A DNA stretch of 64,000 nucleotides, taken from Bacillota bacterium (GTDB lineage: Bacteria; Bacillota; Clostridia; Acetivibrionales; DTU013). Of the stretch, positions 1 to 9,508 are shown in pieces. Numbering within the stretch: position 1 is the first letter of the stretch; each line of letters opens with the position of its first letter. Location: contig JAEZCO010000015.1 in NCBI GenBank assembly GCA_023433505.1, forward strand, positions 48,896-112,895, read 5' to 3'. Under the pieces are notes generated by a model. The model worked only from the letters and a program-made list of their open reading frames with translations, was not told where the DNA came from and searched no databases. Both the position numbers and the translations under genes were made by a program.

Positions 1-1
1 T

Positions 2-409
2 TCGGCTATGAGCGGGACAATGATCATCGATGGCAATGGGAATGACCCCGCAAGGAAGTGTACTTTAAAAATGGCCCCGGGCTTGGGTTTAGTGGAGGAA
101 GTACTTATCGACCAGCATTTTCACCAGAGGGGCAGAATCGGAAGGCTATTGTGCGGCGTAGCTGAAAATCCATACATTCTTGGCATAGGCATAGATGAGG
201 ATACAGCCGTCAGGGTATACCCGGATGCGCACTTTGAGGTTTTGGGAAGCAATTCGGTGACAATTGTGGATGGGTGGAAAATAAAAAGCTCCAATGTATC
301 GGAGCTGATGCCGGATGAAAATCTTGCCATAGCCAATGTGACGCTTCATGTCCTGCCGGCGGGATACGGCTTCGACATGCGCAACAGGGAGGTCTTGCGG
401 TTGCACTGA
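2..409 (+). CDS. cphB: cyanophycinase (peptidase S51), C-terminal fragment truncated by window start
   Basis: 133-aa ORF tail with S51/cyanophycinase-like sequence directly upstream of cphA; start lies outside the window. Confidence 0.55.
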   Translation, partial: SAMSGTMIIDGNGNDPARKCTLKMAPGLGLVEEVLIDQHFHQRGRIGRLLCGVAENPYILGIGIDEDTAVRVYPDAHFEVLGSNSVTIVDGWKIKSSNVSELMPDENLAIANVTLHVLPAGYGFDMRNREVLRLH

Positions 410-539
410 TTAACCTGTCACAAAATAAACAGAGTGTGAAGCAATACGTAGTCATTGCGAGGAGCCTGAGACAAAGCAGTCTTAGCCGGACAACGGTACT
501 TTATCAGGCATTCCGGCGAATTAATGGAGGTAAAATTTT

Positions 540-3179
540 GTGGATATAATAAATATCCAGTGCATCAAAGGAAAAAACATACACAGCCATAAGCCTGTTA
601 TTAAAGCAATACTGGATTTGGGAGAACTATACGATACTCCTACAAAAGACATTCAAGGATTCAATGAGGGACTTCTGGAGCTATTTCCGGGATTTGCGGC
701 ACATTACTGCAGTCTCGGGCACGAAGGCGGTTTTCTGGAACGTCTGGAGGAGGGGACGTATCTGGCTCATATAACGGAGCATATGGTATTGGAAATACAA
801 AATGTCATGGGGTATGAAGCTCATTACGGCAAGTCCAGAATTCTTCAAAGTCCTTCCCTCTATTTTATTATCTTTGAATACAAAAATGAAAAATTGGCGG
901 TAGAAAGTCTTATTTCGGCAGTGGAAATAATAAATTCGCTCATCGCCGGAAACCGGCCTGAAATAGAAGCCATTTTAAAGCATCTGCAAAAGGTTGACGC
1001 GGAAACCGGATTGGGGCCCAGCACCAAAGCCATCTATGAAGAAGCGGGAAGGCGGGGAATCCCCGTTACCCGCCTTTGTAACGAGAGCATACTCCAGTTG
1101 GGGTATGGAAAATACTCAAGAGTTGTGGAGGCTTCACTGACGGATAAACCCAGCTGCATTGCCATTGATATCGCCGGAAACAAGCACCTAACCAAACAAA
1201 TACTTTCCGGCAACGATATTCCTGTTCCATACGGCGATATAGCCTACACCTTGCAGGCAGCTTTATTGTCTGCAGCCCATATGGGTTATCCGGTGGTTGT
1301 AAAGCCTCTGGATGCGAATCAGGGGAAGGGAGTTACACTGAATATCAAAGATGGCAGGGAGTTGGAGCAGGCATACGGCGAAGCGGCAAAATTCAGCAAG
1401 GGCGTGATCGTCGAGAAGTTCATAGCGGGAAAAGACTATAGAATCCTGGTAGTCGGCGACAGGGTTTCCGCTGTTTCCGAAAGAATGCCGCCCTTTGTAA
1501 CGGGAGATGGAGTTCATACCGTAGAGGAGCTTGCAGCCATTGAGAATGAAAATCCGCTGCGCGGTGACGATCATGAAAGGCAGTTAACCCGTATAAAGCT
1601 GGATGGTACGGCAATCCAGGTCCTGCAAAGGTACGGTCTGGCTATAAATTCGGTACCTTTGTCCGGGCAGACGGTATTCCTGCGGGAAAACGGCAATCTC
1701 AGCACCGGGGGCACAGCCAGGGATTGTACGGAGGATATCCATCCTTTTAACGCCGCAATTGCTGTTAAAGCAGCCGGGCTTCTTGGCCTGGATGTAGCCG
1801 GGGTGGATCTGACCGCCCGGGACATCTCAGTCCCTGTAAAAAGGGGGGAGGGTGCGGTCATTGAAGTAAATGCAGCTCCCGGCTTAAGAATGCATCTATA
1901 CCCATCCCAGGGCCCAAGCAGAAACGTAACGAAAGATATTATGGATATGATTTATCCCGAAGGTCAGCCCTATACTATCCCCATAGTTTCAATTACGGGG
2001 ACCAACGGCAAAACTACGGTAACAAGGCTTGTTTCCCATATTCTGGCACTGACCGGCAAGACCGTGGGCATGACCACCACCAGCGGAATTTTCATCGGGA
2101 ACCAGTGCATCTCAAAAGGCGATAACACCGGGCCGGTGAGCGCAGGAATGATCCTTTCCGACAAAAGGGTTGAAGCTGCGGTTCTGGAGACGGCAAGGGG
2201 AGGCATTGTAAGGAAAGGCCTTGGCTACGACCTGTCGGATGTAGGGGTTGTGGTCAATATCAGCGATGACCATCTGGGAATCGACGGAATTAATACCCTG
2301 GAAGATCTGGCTTTCGCAAAAGCGCTGGTGATTGAAGCGGTGAAAAAGGAAGGCTATGCCGTTTTAAACGCCGATGATGAAATGACGCCGTTCCTGCTGA
2401 AGAGGGTCAGGAGCAAAGTAATCCTGTTCACAAGGCGTGTAGACAACCTTCTGGTCTTCAAGCATGTTGAGAGTGGCGGAAAATCCGTATGCGTAAGGGA
2501 TGGGTCAGTGTATTTTGACAGTATGGAATCGGAGAACTTTGTGATCAAGCTGGAAGACGTCCCCATAACCTTTGACGGGAAGGCGGAATGCAATGTCGAA
2601 AACTCACTGGCTGCCATTTCCGCGCTATTTGCTTTGGATATCCCCGCTGAACTAATCAGGGCGGGGCTTAAAACCTTCCGGCCCGATGTGCTGACAAATC
2701 CGGGAAGGTTTAACATCATCGATATGGGAGACTTCAGAGTAATGCTGGATTACGGGCATAATCCGGCAGGGTATAACGCGGTAACCGGCTGTATGTCTAC
2801 TATACCGGCCCACAGGTATGTCGGAGTCATTGGCATGCCGGGAGACAGGTCGGACAGGAACATCAATGAAGTAGGGAAAATCTGCGGGCAATCCTTTGCA
2901 CAGCTGTATATAAAAGAGGATTCGGACCTGCGTGGAAGGCTGCAGGGAGAAGTTGCCGACCTGCTATATGATGCGGCTATATCCGCAGGGATAAGTAAGG
3001 AGTGCGTGGAAGTCATCCATTCAGAGCTGAAAGCGCTGGAGACGGCCATAATGAATGCGCAGCAGGGCGACCTGATCGTGGTGTTCTATGAAGACTTTGA
3101 TGCGGCACTGAAATTGGTTGAAGGCATGAAGAGTGAAAAAATCAACGCTGCGCCAGACATGGCTGCAGCCGCAGGTTAA
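540..3179 (+). CDS. cphA: cyanophycin synthetase (ATP-grasp + Mur-ligase domains)
   Basis: 879 aa; N-term GGFLERLEEGTYxxHIxEH motif, ATP-grasp middle, Mur-ligase GTNGKTT motif; GTG start with GGAGG 8 nt upstream. Confidence 0.85.
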   Translation: MDIINIQCIKGKNIHSHKPVIKAILDLGELYDTPTKDIQGFNEGLLELFPGFAAHYCSLGHEGGFLERLEEGTYLAHITEHMVLEIQNVMGYEAHYGKSRILQSPSLYFIIFEYKNEKLAVESLISAVEIINSLIAGNRPEIEAILKHLQKVDAETGLGPSTKAIYEEAGRRGIPVTRLCNESILQLGYGKYSRVVEASLTDKPSCIAIDIAGNKHLTKQILSGNDIPVPYGDIAYTLQAALLSAAHMGYPVVVKPLDANQGKGVTLNIKDGRELEQAYGEAAKFSKGVIVEKFIAGKDYRILVVGDRVSAVSERMPPFVTGDGVHTVEELAAIENENPLRGDDHERQLTRIKLDGTAIQVLQRYGLAINSVPLSGQTVFLRENGNLSTGGTARDCTEDIHPFNAAIAVKAAGLLGLDVAGVDLTARDISVPVKRGEGAVIEVNAAPGLRMHLYPSQGPSRNVTKDIMDMIYPEGQPYTIPIVSITGTNGKTTVTRLVSHILALTGKTVGMTTTSGIFIGNQCISKGDNTGPVSAGMILSDKRVEAAVLETARGGIVRKGLGYDLSDVGVVVNISDDHLGIDGINTLEDLAFAKALVIEAVKKEGYAVLNADDEMTPFLLKRVRSKVILFTRRVDNLLVFKHVESGGKSVCVRDGSVYFDSMESENFVIKLEDVPITFDGKAECNVENSLAAISALFALDIPAELIRAGLKTFRPDVLTNPGRFNIIDMGDFRVMLDYGHNPAGYNAVTGCMSTIPAHRYVGVIGMPGDRSDRNINEVGKICGQSFAQLYIKEDSDLRGRLQGEVADLLYDAAISAGISKECVEVIHSELKALETAIMNAQQGDLIVVFYEDFDAALKLVEGMKSEKINAAPDMAAAAG

Positions 3180-3193
3180 GCAGAAACATGTAA

Positions 3194-3240
3194 AACGGCA
3201 GCTCATTTTGAAATGAACTGCCGCAATGTTTTATTTTCTG
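3194..3240. terminator. bidirectional intrinsic terminator between cphA and convergent minus-strand gene
   Basis: hairpin cggcagctcat/atgaactgccg followed by T-rich tract; A-rich on the other side. Confidence 0.5.
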
Positions 3241-3241
3241 T

Positions 3242-3718
3242 TTAATCAACCTTTGTTCCGCAGCCGGTACAATAAACCGCTCCCTCAGCCAGGGGAGCTC
3301 CACAGGCCGTACAAACAGTTGCCGGAGTATACGCTTCTTCATACTGCGGCGCTGCGGTTACTTCATTTTTTGTTCCGCATTTGGAACAGAAAACCTGTGT
3401 TTTTTCCATCTCTGCGCCGCAGTGAGTGCAGGTTTTTACATTCTTGACTTCTAATATTTTCTCTCTTAAAGTCTTGATATTATGTTCGTGTACCTTTATT
3501 GTCTCGCAGTTTTCCACTACATTTTCATCCGCATCGCCGGAAACGCTGTACTTTTCATAAACAGACTTACCGATCTGCGTGTATAGCTTTTGTATTTTAT
3601 CCTCTTCGGAGCCGATATTGACGTTGAGTTTTGTAATCTCAACCAGTTCACCTGATTTTTTAGCTGCCGCTTGAGCCGCTTCTCCAACTTTCTTCCCCAG
3701 GTTCTCCAAAAATGCCAT
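3242..3718 (-). CDS. zinc-ribbon domain protein (two CxxC...CxxC ribbons at C-terminus)
   Basis: ATG at 3718 with GGAGG 9 nt upstream (ORF track starts at an upstream TTG); two C-x2-C pairs x2 near C-term. Confidence 0.55.
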   Translation of the reverse strand: MAFLENLGKKVGEAAQAAAKKSGELVEITKLNVNIGSEEDKIQKLYTQIGKSVYEKYSVSGDADENVVENCETIKVHEHNIKTLREKILEVKNVKTCTHCGAEMEKTQVFCSKCGTKNEVTAAPQYEEAYTPATVCTACGAPLAEGAVYCTGCGTKVD

Positions 3719-3849
3719 AATACACAACCTCCGTTCACATTATAATTATATCTGTGTTTACATATATACCACCGTTTCTATTATATGAAACTTCCGGTAT
3801 GAATACAAGAGTTACACCGGTGAAACGGTACATGGCGAAATATAAATCC

Positions 3850-5256
3850 TCATGCCAGCCCGTGAACAGCGGGATTTTGTACCTTGGAATATCTGCTGAC
3901 CATGGATACATGCTGTTTGCTCTTACGAATATAATTCTTAAGCGCAGGCTCGATTTCACTTTTTTTCAAATACCGGAACCGGATGGTGGTGTGATTTTCA
4001 AAATTAAAATCATGAACCAGCTTCATAATGGTTTTGTGGTCCACATGATATTCGTTCATCAACTCCTGTACGGTGATATAAGCTTCCAGAGGTCTCGGAA
4101 TGAGAGGATCTCCGCCGAAATGCCTGTTGCATAATTCCGTAATGGTTGTGGGATTGCTTTCAAGCTTCTGAGCGATCTGCACATAAGTAAAGCCCTGCTT
4201 GCGCAGATTCCATATATCATCCTTGTCGATCTCGCGGGCATCCTTCTTTGCGCTTTTGTAAACAAAGCCGTGGCTTGAAATGAAGTCATTGATTGTCATG
4301 CCGCAAGCCTTGGCATGCCTTTTTATGTAACCGTACAAGGTGGAATTGTCATGAAGGTTATAGATGAATTTACCGGCGGCTGCCGCACTGAGGCGCCTTT
4401 TCACGGCTGAGTCCATCTTCTCCTTGATGAGTCTGCCGATATCCTCCTTTATCTCCTTCTGATGCTCTTCATTATCCAATGTTTTATAGAGATAATATTC
4501 TTTTGCCTTCAAAGTAGACGAATCAAACATGGCCATGAGCATGCCTGCAAGGCCAAGTCTTCTAAAGTCGGAGGTGCTCAGCAAAAGAATGTCATTCATG
4601 CTGTACCTTTTGCTTTTGAAGGTTTTATGCATAAAATGAAAGGCGTTTTCCAGGGATTCTGCAGCCGCCCATTTCGTCTTATACTTAAAGTCGGCAGGGT
4701 GAAATTTATTGGGGTACACAAAATTAAACAAGGAATAAATTGACCAGTTAAAATACGAAAGCACATTGTATATTCCGTGCTTTATAAGCCGCTTTTTCCA
4801 GTCAAAATGCGGAATGTTATCGATGCGGCGGATACCTTCCTTCCGGACCATATCCTGGACGGCTTCCAGGATCGCATTGTCATCATGCCAGATGCCATGC
4901 TTGCTCCACATCCATTCCTTCAGCTGCCTGCTTTTAAATTCTTCCGGATAAGCATTTTTAAGGAGCAGAAGGATATCATGGCTGAACACCCTTTGGACCA
5001 TGCCAAACAGCTTATTCTTCACAAGCATCTCTTTTATTTGTTTGAGATTATATTGAGGGAGTCGGTCCAACTCTATCTTTTCAACGTTTTCCAGGCAATA
5101 GCGGGTCAGAATCCTGCAAGTCGCTCTGATCCCCTTGTACTGATATTTTTCTGCAGTCCAAAAGTCCTTCGGAAATCTGGTATCCTTCTCCAGGACCTCC
5201 TTGTATTCAACCAGGGCTTTCAATTCCTTGGTATTGCACTTAAATATATTAACCAT
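3850..5256 (-). CDS. hypothetical 468-aa protein with C-terminal HTH-like segment
   Basis: long clean ORF, Lys/Trp-rich; segment WNLRKQGFTYVQIAQKLESNPTTITELC resembles a sigma-r4/transposase-type HTH; no family recognised. Confidence 0.5.
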   Translation of the reverse strand: MVNIFKCNTKELKALVEYKEVLEKDTRFPKDFWTAEKYQYKGIRATCRILTRYCLENVEKIELDRLPQYNLKQIKEMLVKNKLFGMVQRVFSHDILLLLKNAYPEEFKSRQLKEWMWSKHGIWHDDNAILEAVQDMVRKEGIRRIDNIPHFDWKKRLIKHGIYNVLSYFNWSIYSLFNFVYPNKFHPADFKYKTKWAAAESLENAFHFMHKTFKSKRYSMNDILLLSTSDFRRLGLAGMLMAMFDSSTLKAKEYYLYKTLDNEEHQKEIKEDIGRLIKEKMDSAVKRRLSAAAAGKFIYNLHDNSTLYGYIKRHAKACGMTINDFISSHGFVYKSAKKDAREIDKDDIWNLRKQGFTYVQIAQKLESNPTTITELCNRHFGGDPLIPRPLEAYITVQELMNEYHVDHKTIMKLVHDFNFENHTTIRFRYLKKSEIEPALKNYIRKSKQHVSMVSRYSKVQNPAVHGLA

Positions 5257-5404
5257 AATACCTATGCAACTCCCATCATTTCAATTATTTTTATTTTAAC
5301 CTTGCAAAAATATTATTACAATATTAAAATTACCCAAAATTCAATTCATAATCCTGTTAATTTTACAAGCAGGCAGAAAAGTGATTTTCGGTTTTCAGAT
5401 ACAT

Positions 5405-5565
5405 AAGTTGCACTAAATAATTTGGGTGTATTTACCCGATATCCCGGGCGATAAACTGAGCATATTGCAATGCTGCATTTAGATTCTCCGTTGCTGCCCG
5501 GGATAGCAGGAAACTCAGCTCAACTTATTTAGAATGCTGCTTGTTGCAGTGCAAACAATATAATA
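5405..5565. promoter_or_regulatory. nested inverted-repeat element in divergent intergenic region
   Basis: outer arms TTGCACTAAATAA / TTATTTAG..AGTGCAA; inner 9-bp IR TATCCCGGG / CCCGGGATA; central 14-nt palindrome GCATATTGCAATGC. Confidence 0.3.
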
Positions 5566-5666
5566 TAATTGGAATTGGATAATGAAGTATCCTAATAGGG
5601 TTCTTCTATTTGTTTAAAATGGTATGGTTTAAACAGCTTAAGTACATGGAAAGGAATAAAGGTAAA

Positions 5667-6773
5667 ATGAAATTCAATTATAATATAGGAACAAAAGTAA
5701 TATTTGGAAAAGATTGTATAAAGCAAAACAGACAGGTCCTGTCGGTTTACGGTAAAAAGGCATTGATTGTCACAGGCAAAAAATCAGGCAAGGAGAGCGG
5801 CGCCCTGGATGATGTTGCCGATGCTCTTTCTGCTGAGGGAATCGCTTTTGATATTTACGACAGGGTTGAAAACAACCCCTCCCTTGACAATGTAGCAGAG
5901 GGAGGAGCAATGGCACGTAATTGCGGCGCTGATTTCATTATAGGGATCGGAGGCGGCTCGCCGCTGGATGCATCCAAAGCGGTGGCCGTGCTTGCCGCCA
6001 ATGAAATGGAGCCGAAGGAACTGTTTACAAACAAATTCAAATCTGCGCCCTTACCCATCCTAGCCGTCCCGACGACTGCAGGAACAGGCAGTGAGATAAC
6101 ACCCTATTGCATACTGACCAGAAGCGATCTTCAGACCAAAATGAGCTTCGGAAACGATGCAACCTTTCCCCGAATTGCATTTATGGATGCGGGATATACC
6201 GAAAGCCTTCCCTGGGCGGTTACCGTTAATACTGCTGTGGACGCTTTGTCACATGCGGTGGAGGGTTATTTGGGCAGGAGAAGCACGCCTGTCAGCGATA
6301 TCTTTGCTGTTGAAGCAGTAAAAAGTTTCGGGGAATGCCTTCCCAATCTGATGGATAACCGGATAGACCTGAGTGTAAGGGAGAAGCTGTTGTATGCCGC
6401 CATGCTGGGAGGGATGGTAATCTCTCATACCGGAACAACGATCGTTCATGGAATGGGCTACAATCTTACCTATTTTATGGATATCCCCCATGGCAAGGCC
6501 AATGGATTCCTGATGAAGGAGTATTTTAAATTCAATTATGGCAGTGCGAAGGAGAAAATCGACAGGATTTTCAATTGTCTGAATGTTTCGGATGTTGAAG
6601 AGTTCGGACGTATAATGGATGTTCTTTTACCGGACCGTCCAAAGCTCAGCCGTGAGGAAATCGAACAGTTTTCCTCGCTGACAATGCAGCAAAGAAGCAC
6701 TTTAAACAATATCAGGGAAGTAAGCAAACCGGATGTTGAGGAAATATTGGGAAAGGCTTTTTTGGAGCGCTGA
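5667..6773 (+). CDS. iron-containing (group III) alcohol dehydrogenase
   Basis: GGGSPLDASKAVA and HG metal/NAD motifs typical of Fe-ADH; start placed at MKFNY (ORF track begins 19 codons earlier). Confidence 0.8.
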   Translation: MKFNYNIGTKVIFGKDCIKQNRQVLSVYGKKALIVTGKKSGKESGALDDVADALSAEGIAFDIYDRVENNPSLDNVAEGGAMARNCGADFIIGIGGGSPLDASKAVAVLAANEMEPKELFTNKFKSAPLPILAVPTTAGTGSEITPYCILTRSDLQTKMSFGNDATFPRIAFMDAGYTESLPWAVTVNTAVDALSHAVEGYLGRRSTPVSDIFAVEAVKSFGECLPNLMDNRIDLSVREKLLYAAMLGGMVISHTGTTIVHGMGYNLTYFMDIPHGKANGFLMKEYFKFNYGSAKEKIDRIFNCLNVSDVEEFGRIMDVLLPDRPKLSREEIEQFSSLTMQQRSTLNNIREVSKPDVEEILGKAFLER

Positions 6774-7046
6774 TTCCCCAGTTGCCGCCGGATGCGCTGC
6801 ATCTGGTCTTTGAAACAGGTTTGGTGTATGATGAAATGAAAGCATAGGAAAAAAATAATATTTTTCGACGGTTTGAGCAGCTAGCTGACAATATTGCCCG
6901 GGAAATACTGTCGAAAAATATTAAATATAGAAGAAGTCAAGGAACAGATGCAAAACCGGATGCTCCAATCACCGGCGAATTTGAAGCATGGGTGTGGAGC
7001 CGGTTCAGGCCCGCAGTGACAATAAGGGGTGTGGTGAGGAGATTTT

Positions 7047-7673
7047 ATGGTGGAAGTGTACTTTTACTTGCCGGCGGTCCATGTGGGAAATGCCGTTGAA
7101 TGCGGCGTAAAGCTCTCGGAGTGGTACAGTAAGGAAATCGAGCTGGAGGGCGGGAGCAGGAAATGTATTTCTGCATTTCTGAATCCGCGGGATGACATGG
7201 GAAAATACATGTCGTCAGAATTAAAATGCCTTAAAATGGAAATAATGCCAAAATATTGCTATGTTGGCGATGCCCTGTTATACCAGACCGGTTTGACAAA
7301 CCCTGAAGCTATGGGGATGTACCTGCGTACCGTTGTGCCGGTGGAAAAATACAGCTTCGGTCATTTCAGACTTCCGGAATGCCTGGTTGTGAGCACCGTG
7401 CTTGGGGATCACATCCGTATCCTTGATAAGCGATTGGATTCGCCGATATTATATAATAATTCGGAAGAACTGTATGTGGGAAATATTATTGAAGACTTCA
7501 AAGAACGGTATGGCAATTTCAATGACGCCTTATTGTATTCATTCTTCTCAAAACTCACAGAGACGGGCATATATAGGATGATTAAGGATGAAGGCAGCGG
7601 TACCGCAATATTTATCGATAACAGGGACGAAAAGATTTATACAATCAGGATACCTGATTTAGGGAGCTATTAA
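7047..7673 (+). CDS. hypothetical protein, stop overlaps birA start
   Basis: 208-aa ORF with GAGGAG RBS 5 nt upstream; no recognisable family. Confidence 0.45.
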   Translation: MVEVYFYLPAVHVGNAVECGVKLSEWYSKEIELEGGSRKCISAFLNPRDDMGKYMSSELKCLKMEIMPKYCYVGDALLYQTGLTNPEAMGMYLRTVVPVEKYSFGHFRLPECLVVSTVLGDHIRILDKRLDSPILYNNSEELYVGNIIEDFKERYGNFNDALLYSFFSKLTETGIYRMIKDEGSGTAIFIDNRDEKIYTIRIPDLGSY

Positions 7674-8689
7674 TGCAGGGTGAAGATAAAAAGTATGAAA
7701 TCCTCCGGATGCTAAAGGAAAAATATCCGGAATTCATTTCGGGAGAGGGACTCAGCAGGCATTTTGGAATCTCCAGAACGGCCATCTGGAAATATGTCAG
7801 AAGCCTGAAAGAGGAAGGATATGGGATAGAGGCCTCTTCAAAGATAGGCTACAGGCTTGTCGATTCCTACATCATAAACGGCTGTGAAATCGCAAGTGAT
7901 CTGGGGACCAAAATCATCGGGAAAAAGGTTCTCTATTTTGATTCCATTGATTCTACAAGCAATTATGCGAAGCAAATTGCATTGGAGAGCGCAGAGGAGG
8001 GGACAACGGTTGTTGCCGGCAGTCAGTCCGAAGGCAGAGGACGGCTTGGAAGGAAATGGGATTCGCCTACGGGCTCCGGGATCTATTTGTCGATTATACT
8101 TAGGCCACTTTTGCCGCCGGAGAATGTGCAGGGGATTACCCTTGCAGCCTCCGTTGCCGTGGCCCGGGCTATGGAAAAAATTACGGGAATCAGGCCAGGG
8201 ATTAAATGGCCCAATGACTTGCTGCTGAATGGCAGGAAGGTTTGCGGGATATTGACGGAGATGAACTCCGAAATGGAACGGGTAAATTTCGTTGTGCTGG
8301 GCATAGGGATCAACTATGATCGGCAGTATGACGAATTTCCTGCTGAACTGGCGGGGAGAGCCACTTCCCTAAGCGCATTTGCCGCGGAACGGGGGATTGC
8401 TGTAAAAAAGTCCGGTAAGCTGGAAATGCTGCGTGCTGTGCTGCAAGAGCTTGATGAGGTTTACGGAGGGGTCATTGGCAGTAAAACCGGGGAAATACTG
8501 GGCCAATGGAAAAAATACTCCGTTACGCTTGGCAAAGAGGTGCGGATTCTAACCGGGACAATGGAATATTTGGCCGTCGCAGAAGATATTACCGATGACG
8601 GAAAGTTAATTGTAAAATGCGGCGACGGAAGCGTCAGGCTGATACAGTCCGGGGAGATATCCATCCGCGGAGTCAACGGATATGCCTAG
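7673..8689 (+). CDS. birA: bifunctional biotin-[acetyl-CoA-carboxylase] ligase / biotin operon repressor
   Basis: N-terminal HTH, GRGRLGRKW biotin-protein ligase motif, C-terminal SH3-like tail. Confidence 0.85.
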   Translation: MQGEDKKYEILRMLKEKYPEFISGEGLSRHFGISRTAIWKYVRSLKEEGYGIEASSKIGYRLVDSYIINGCEIASDLGTKIIGKKVLYFDSIDSTSNYAKQIALESAEEGTTVVAGSQSEGRGRLGRKWDSPTGSGIYLSIILRPLLPPENVQGITLAASVAVARAMEKITGIRPGIKWPNDLLLNGRKVCGILTEMNSEMERVNFVVLGIGINYDRQYDEFPAELAGRATSLSAFAAERGIAVKKSGKLEMLRAVLQELDEVYGGVIGSKTGEILGQWKKYSVTLGKEVRILTGTMEYLAVAEDITDDGKLIVKCGDGSVRLIQSGEISIRGVNGYA

Positions 8690-8768
8690 GGGAAAAAATA
8701 AATGCGCCTTGACAATGCGCGACACGAGAAATGTCCCCTGTCGTACGCACCCCAGGCGAAAATCCGAT

Positions 8769-8797
8769 TTGACTTGTGGGAATAATTAAAATAAAAT
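8769..8797 (+). promoter_or_regulatory. sigma-A-like promoter for the Q/N-rich gene
   Basis: TTGACT - 17 nt - TAAAAT, about 30 nt upstream of RBS GGAGGAG. Confidence 0.4.
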
Positions 8798-8827
8798 AGG
8801 TAATAACATTTAACTGGAGGAGAAGTA

Positions 8828-9361
8828 ATGGTTAGAAAGCGCGATTACAATCGCAGAAATAATTCTCAGGGCGGCCCCAGGGAGCAAAATCAGGAACAAA
8901 GTCAGAGCCAGCCTCATACAGGCAGTCCAAATAACAACAGGCCGCAGTATAAAGCGCAAAACCAGCCTCAGGCACAGGGTCCGAACCATGGTCCGAACCA
9001 TGGTCAAAACCAGAGTCAAAACCAGGGCCAGAATCAAAGCCAAAGTCAGAATCAAAGCCAGGGCCAGGCCAATGCACAGGCTCCGGGCAATCCTCCTCAA
9101 GCTGCGGCGCACACAGGCGGCCAGGGGCAGCGGAACATGCACGCACAAAGAGAGCCTTCCCATAACCGGGAAGCCAATCCGAACAGAAATTATCCGAGGG
9201 AAAGAGACAGCCAGCCCAGGCAGTACGGTTCGCAGAATTCGTCGCGGTATAGTACCAGAAACAGGGCGGAAGAGACCATCGAGGATATTAAGGAAGATAT
9301 TATAAGGATAGAAAAGGAAATTGAGCTTGAAATAAAAGAAATCAGAAGTATGAAGTTATAA
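8828..9361 (+). CDS. low-complexity Q/N/S/P-rich protein with C-terminal charged coiled-coil
   Basis: 177 aa, more than 40% Q/N/S/G/P, (QNQSQ)n-like repeats encoded by short DNA tandem repeats; C-term EEIIRIEKEIELEIKEIR. Confidence 0.5.
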   Translation: MVRKRDYNRRNNSQGGPREQNQEQSQSQPHTGSPNNNRPQYKAQNQPQAQGPNHGPNHGQNQSQNQGQNQSQSQNQSQGQANAQAPGNPPQAAAHTGGQGQRNMHAQREPSHNREANPNRNYPRERDSQPRQYGSQNSSRYSTRNRAEETIEDIKEDIIRIEKEIELEIKEIRSMKL

Positions 9362-9508
9362 CGCGGATGAAATTTCTTTTAAATTAGCTTGTTATAAAAC
9401 CGGACCGCGGATAACCTTGGGGACATTTCTCATCTTTTGGGAAGACTGCTTGAGTTTGCCCTCATACAGTATGATGCGGATATGGGCAAATATAAGGTGG
9501 GGAAATAA

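Noticed and set aside
7884-8228. 114-aa plus-strand ORF
   Set aside because: Alternate frame inside birA.
8980-9070. Short tandem DNA repeats (CAGAATCAAAGCCAAAGT...) as a possible CRISPR or VNTR locus
   Set aside because: Repeats are in-frame coding repeats of the Q/N-rich protein, with no spacer/repeat periodicity and no cas genes. The same applies to the 39-nt repeats at 24841-25200.
8810-9163. 117-aa and 104-aa minus-strand ORFs over the Q/N-rich gene
   Set aside because: Low-complexity mirror ORFs of the repeat region. The plus-strand ORF has a promoter and RBS.
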